From positions 1 to 22,056 of the forward strand of contig NW_021823565.1 of NCBI RefSeq assembly GCF_006345805.1: a stretch of DNA of 22,056 nucleotides, in the 5' to 3' direction. Shown in pieces: positions 19,736 to 22,056 of this stretch. Both the position numbers and the translations under genes were made by a program. The notes beneath the pieces were generated by a model. The model ran no database searches and was not told the origin of the DNA. It worked only from the letters and a program-made list of their open reading frames with translations. This stretch comes from Octopus sinensis. Taxonomy: Eukaryota. The number at the start of each line of letters is the position of its first letter. Position 1 is the stretch's first letter.

Positions 19736-20365
19736 TAACCAGTTGAGAGGTTATAGTGATTATAATTCTTATAATGGCGGCGAGCTGGCAGAAACGTTAG
19801 TACGCCGGGCGAAATACTTAGCGGTATTTCGTCGGCCGTTACGTTCTGAGTTCAAATTCCGCCGAGGTCGACTTTGCCTTTCATCCTTTCGGGGTCGATA
19901 AATTAAGTACCAGTTACGCACTGGGGTCGATGTAATCGACTTAATGCCTATGTCTGTCCTTGTTTGTCCCCTCTGTGTGTAGCCCCTTGTGGGTAGTAAA
20001 GAAATATATAATTCTTATAATGTCCCTTGGTGGCTGACAATATGTGCAAGCCATGTGTTGAGAGGAATTCTTTGTGGTTCGAATAATTCACCTCTGGAAA
20101 TATGGGTGTTTCATTATTAAACAATCCTCATTCAGGAATTTTTTGAGCGGGATGGGCTACTCGATCTGAAGAAAATTCTAACCGTGCCTCACCTGCAAGG
20201 TCATGCGCAGTTCATCTTGATATGAAATCACCATGTTGCGCACATATGATTGTGATGCATGTACCTGGTATAATCTTATCAGACGAGTAGTCATGATGGG
20301 GATATATTGCGCTTCGTATATTTGTACCGCAGTGTAATTCTGGTGCATGTACTGCGCTCTCACTC
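19736..20365. mobile_element. Non-coding interspersed repeat R, copy 1 (left-truncated, interrupted by filler and the SINE)
   Basis: 19736-19746 and 20021-20365 are colinear with about 20710-21110 (TAACCAGTTGAG; ATGTCCCTT.GTGGCTGAC; TTTGAGCGGGATGGG; CACCTGCAAGGTCATG; CTCTCACTC). Confidence 0.88.
19776..20006 (+). mobile_element. Complete tRNA-derived SINE (type A) with a 15-bp target-site duplication
   Basis: A-box-like TGGCAGAAACGT (~19786) and B-box GTTCAAATTCC (19850-19860). The core is GCCTTTCATCCTTTCGGGGTCGATAAATTAAGTACCAG. The identical TSD TATAATTCTTATAAT lies at 19761-19775 and 20007-20021. Confidence 0.93.
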
Positions 20366-20384
20366 AATAATAATAATAATAATA

Positions 20385-20432
<48 letters not shown>

Positions 20433-20444
20433 ATTAATTATTTA

Positions 20445-20484
<40 letters not shown>

Positions 20485-20556
20485 GTGATGATGATGACGA
20501 TGATGATATGATGGCAATAATAATAATAATAATAAAAATAATAATAATAATAATAA
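20366..20556. repeat. (AAT)n/(ATT)n/(GAT)n compound microsatellite with strand switches
   Basis: Direct reading. Confidence 0.95.
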
Positions 20557-21110
20557 ATGCCCTGATGCAGTACCAGACAATAAGCTCTCACGGCTTCTGA
20601 TCTTAACTGATTGGAAGTGTTATCATGTACATTGTTTTGTTTTAGTATATGATGGGCTACAGTAAATATTCTGCTCAATACCACAGATTTGCTTGTCAGT
20701 TGTTTGACCTTAACCAGTTGAGCATGTCCCTTAGTGGCTGACGATATGTGCATCTCTGATCACGAGCAGAAGTAGTGGGGGAGCATCATAGCCATGTGTT
20801 GAGAGGGATTCTTTGGGGTTTGGATAATTCACCTTTGGAAGCATGGGTGGTTCGTTCAACATCATTAAACAACCCTTATTCAGGGACCTTTGAGCGGGAT
20901 GGGTTACTCGACCAGAAGAAAATTCTAATTGGGTCCCACCTGCAAGGTCATGTGCTGTTTATATTGATTTGAGATCACCATGTTGCGCAAATATGGTTGT
21001 GATGCATGTGCCTAGTGTACCCTTATCAGACGGGTAGTCATGTTGGGTAAACTGGGCTTCGTATATTTTATCCCAGTGTCACTTTGATGGCATGCACTGC
21101 TCTCTCACTC
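20557..21110. mobile_element. Non-coding interspersed repeat R, copy 2 (~550 bp), bounded by (AAT)n on both sides
   Basis: Homologous to copy 1, with sharp borders against (AAT)n at about 20556 and 21111. No recognisable protein or Pol III box. Confidence 0.82.
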
Positions 21111-21170
21111 ATAATAATAATATAATAATAATAATAAAATAATAATATATAATAATAATAATAATAATAA
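21111..21170. repeat. (AAT)n microsatellite
   Basis: Direct reading. Confidence 0.96.
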
Positions 21171-22056
21171 GGAATCAAGGCAAAACTGGAAAGATATGAC
21201 AATAGAAAAAAAAAACAAGGTATAAAGATAACTACAGAAATGATAAAGAAGCAGTTAAGAAAATTCCCAAATTGGAAGAGCCCAGGACCGTTTGGGTTCC
21301 AAAGTTAAATGATGAAAAAGCTGAGATTGCTCCATGAAAGGATAGCACAACGGATAGATGAGTGCTTGCAGGAAGGCACAGTACCCAGCTAGAAGACAAA
21401 GGAAATTACATTGTTATGTGTCAAGGATCTTGAAAAGGGAAATACTGTATCCAACTTTAGACCAATAACATGCCTTCCGCTAATGTGGAGACTAATGTCA
21501 GTTTCTTTGGCCGATGTACTGTACAGACGCTTGGAAAAAAGTAGGCTGCTAGCCACTGAACAGAAATGGTGCCGAAAAAGGAACCGGGGAACGATGGATC
21601 ATATCTTAATTGATAATCAAATTATCAGGAATTGCAAGAGAAGACGTACAAACCTGAACATGGCATGGGTTGATTATCGCAAAGCTCACAATGGAAATGT
21701 ATGGAGTAACAGAATATGAGAAGCCTTTTACGGAATAGCATGAAATGCTGGAGTAAAGAATTGACATCAGAGAAGCGAGTACTAGGAGAGGTGAAAAGCA
21801 AGAGGGGAATCCCACTGATATTTGTGCTGTGAATGATCCTCTTGAGTAAAATATTACAGAAAATAAAGATGGGGTGTGATCTGGGAAGAGGTAAGGGAAA
21901 ACCGAACCACTTGCTATTCATGAACGACCTGAAACTATTCACAAAATATGAGGCAGAACTGGACAGCTTACTCTAGTCTCCAGTGATATTAAGATGGAGT
22001 TTGGACTCTCAAAATGTGCGACGATGGAGACAAAAGTCATATGGCTGCCAAATGGT
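21171..22056 (+). mobile_element. R4/Dong-like RT fragment, heavily decayed, continuing past the window end
   Basis: PNWKSPGP, SNFRPITCLPLMWRL, RGTMDHILID, NLNMAWVDYRKA, NHLLFMNDLKLF (degenerate FMDD) and DIKMEFGLSKCA. Stops, frameshifts and deletions are present. Confidence 0.85.

Noticed and set aside
19776-19865. Possible tRNA gene
   Set aside because: It has A/B boxes but no convincing cloverleaf, and it continues into a SINE core and tail flanked by a TSD.
20990-21050. CTGATAAG on the minus strand of repeat R, resembling a hammerhead core
   Set aside because: It is not CUGANGA, and no GAAA follows a plausible stem II.
1-22056. CRISPR array, prokaryotic defence or retron system, or host protein-coding exons
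   Set aside because: There are no regularly spaced repeats with unique spacers and no operon structure. All RT motifs are of eukaryotic non-LTR or PLE type, and no non-TE ORF has recognisable motifs.

Overview
An AT-rich animal genomic window made almost entirely of retroelement remnants separated by microsatellites. It is most likely octopus (inference from recalled octopus SINE families and the (TA)n/(TAGA)n/(TAA)n load). No host exon, RNA gene or prokaryotic feature is supported. It holds four decayed CR1-group LINE copies (180-2030 +, 2781-6346 +, 7346-9235 -, 13073-15885 -), an internally inverted RTE fragment, and a nearly full-length Penelope-like element (RT + C-terminal GIY-YIG, about 3 frameshifts). 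It also holds a 5'-truncated Tx1/L1-clade LINE inside a (TAGA)n array, two R4/Dong-like fragments next to (TAA)n, three SINE pieces sharing a core, and two copies of a ~550-bp non-coding repeat. Best leads: (1) the complete tRNA-derived SINE (19776-20006, 15-bp TSD) shares its 3' tail with the Tx1-region 3' end (40/49 aligned columns), suggesting a SINE/Tx1 partnership, and related SINE cores carry other tails; (2) each retroelement clade sits in its own microsatellite type; (3) several DNA-repair scars, including a perfect 41-bp inverted duplication carrying sequence deleted from the forward copy and a ~150-bp foreign-LINE templated insertion. Clade names come from motif recognition only; no database search was run, so novelty is unverified.
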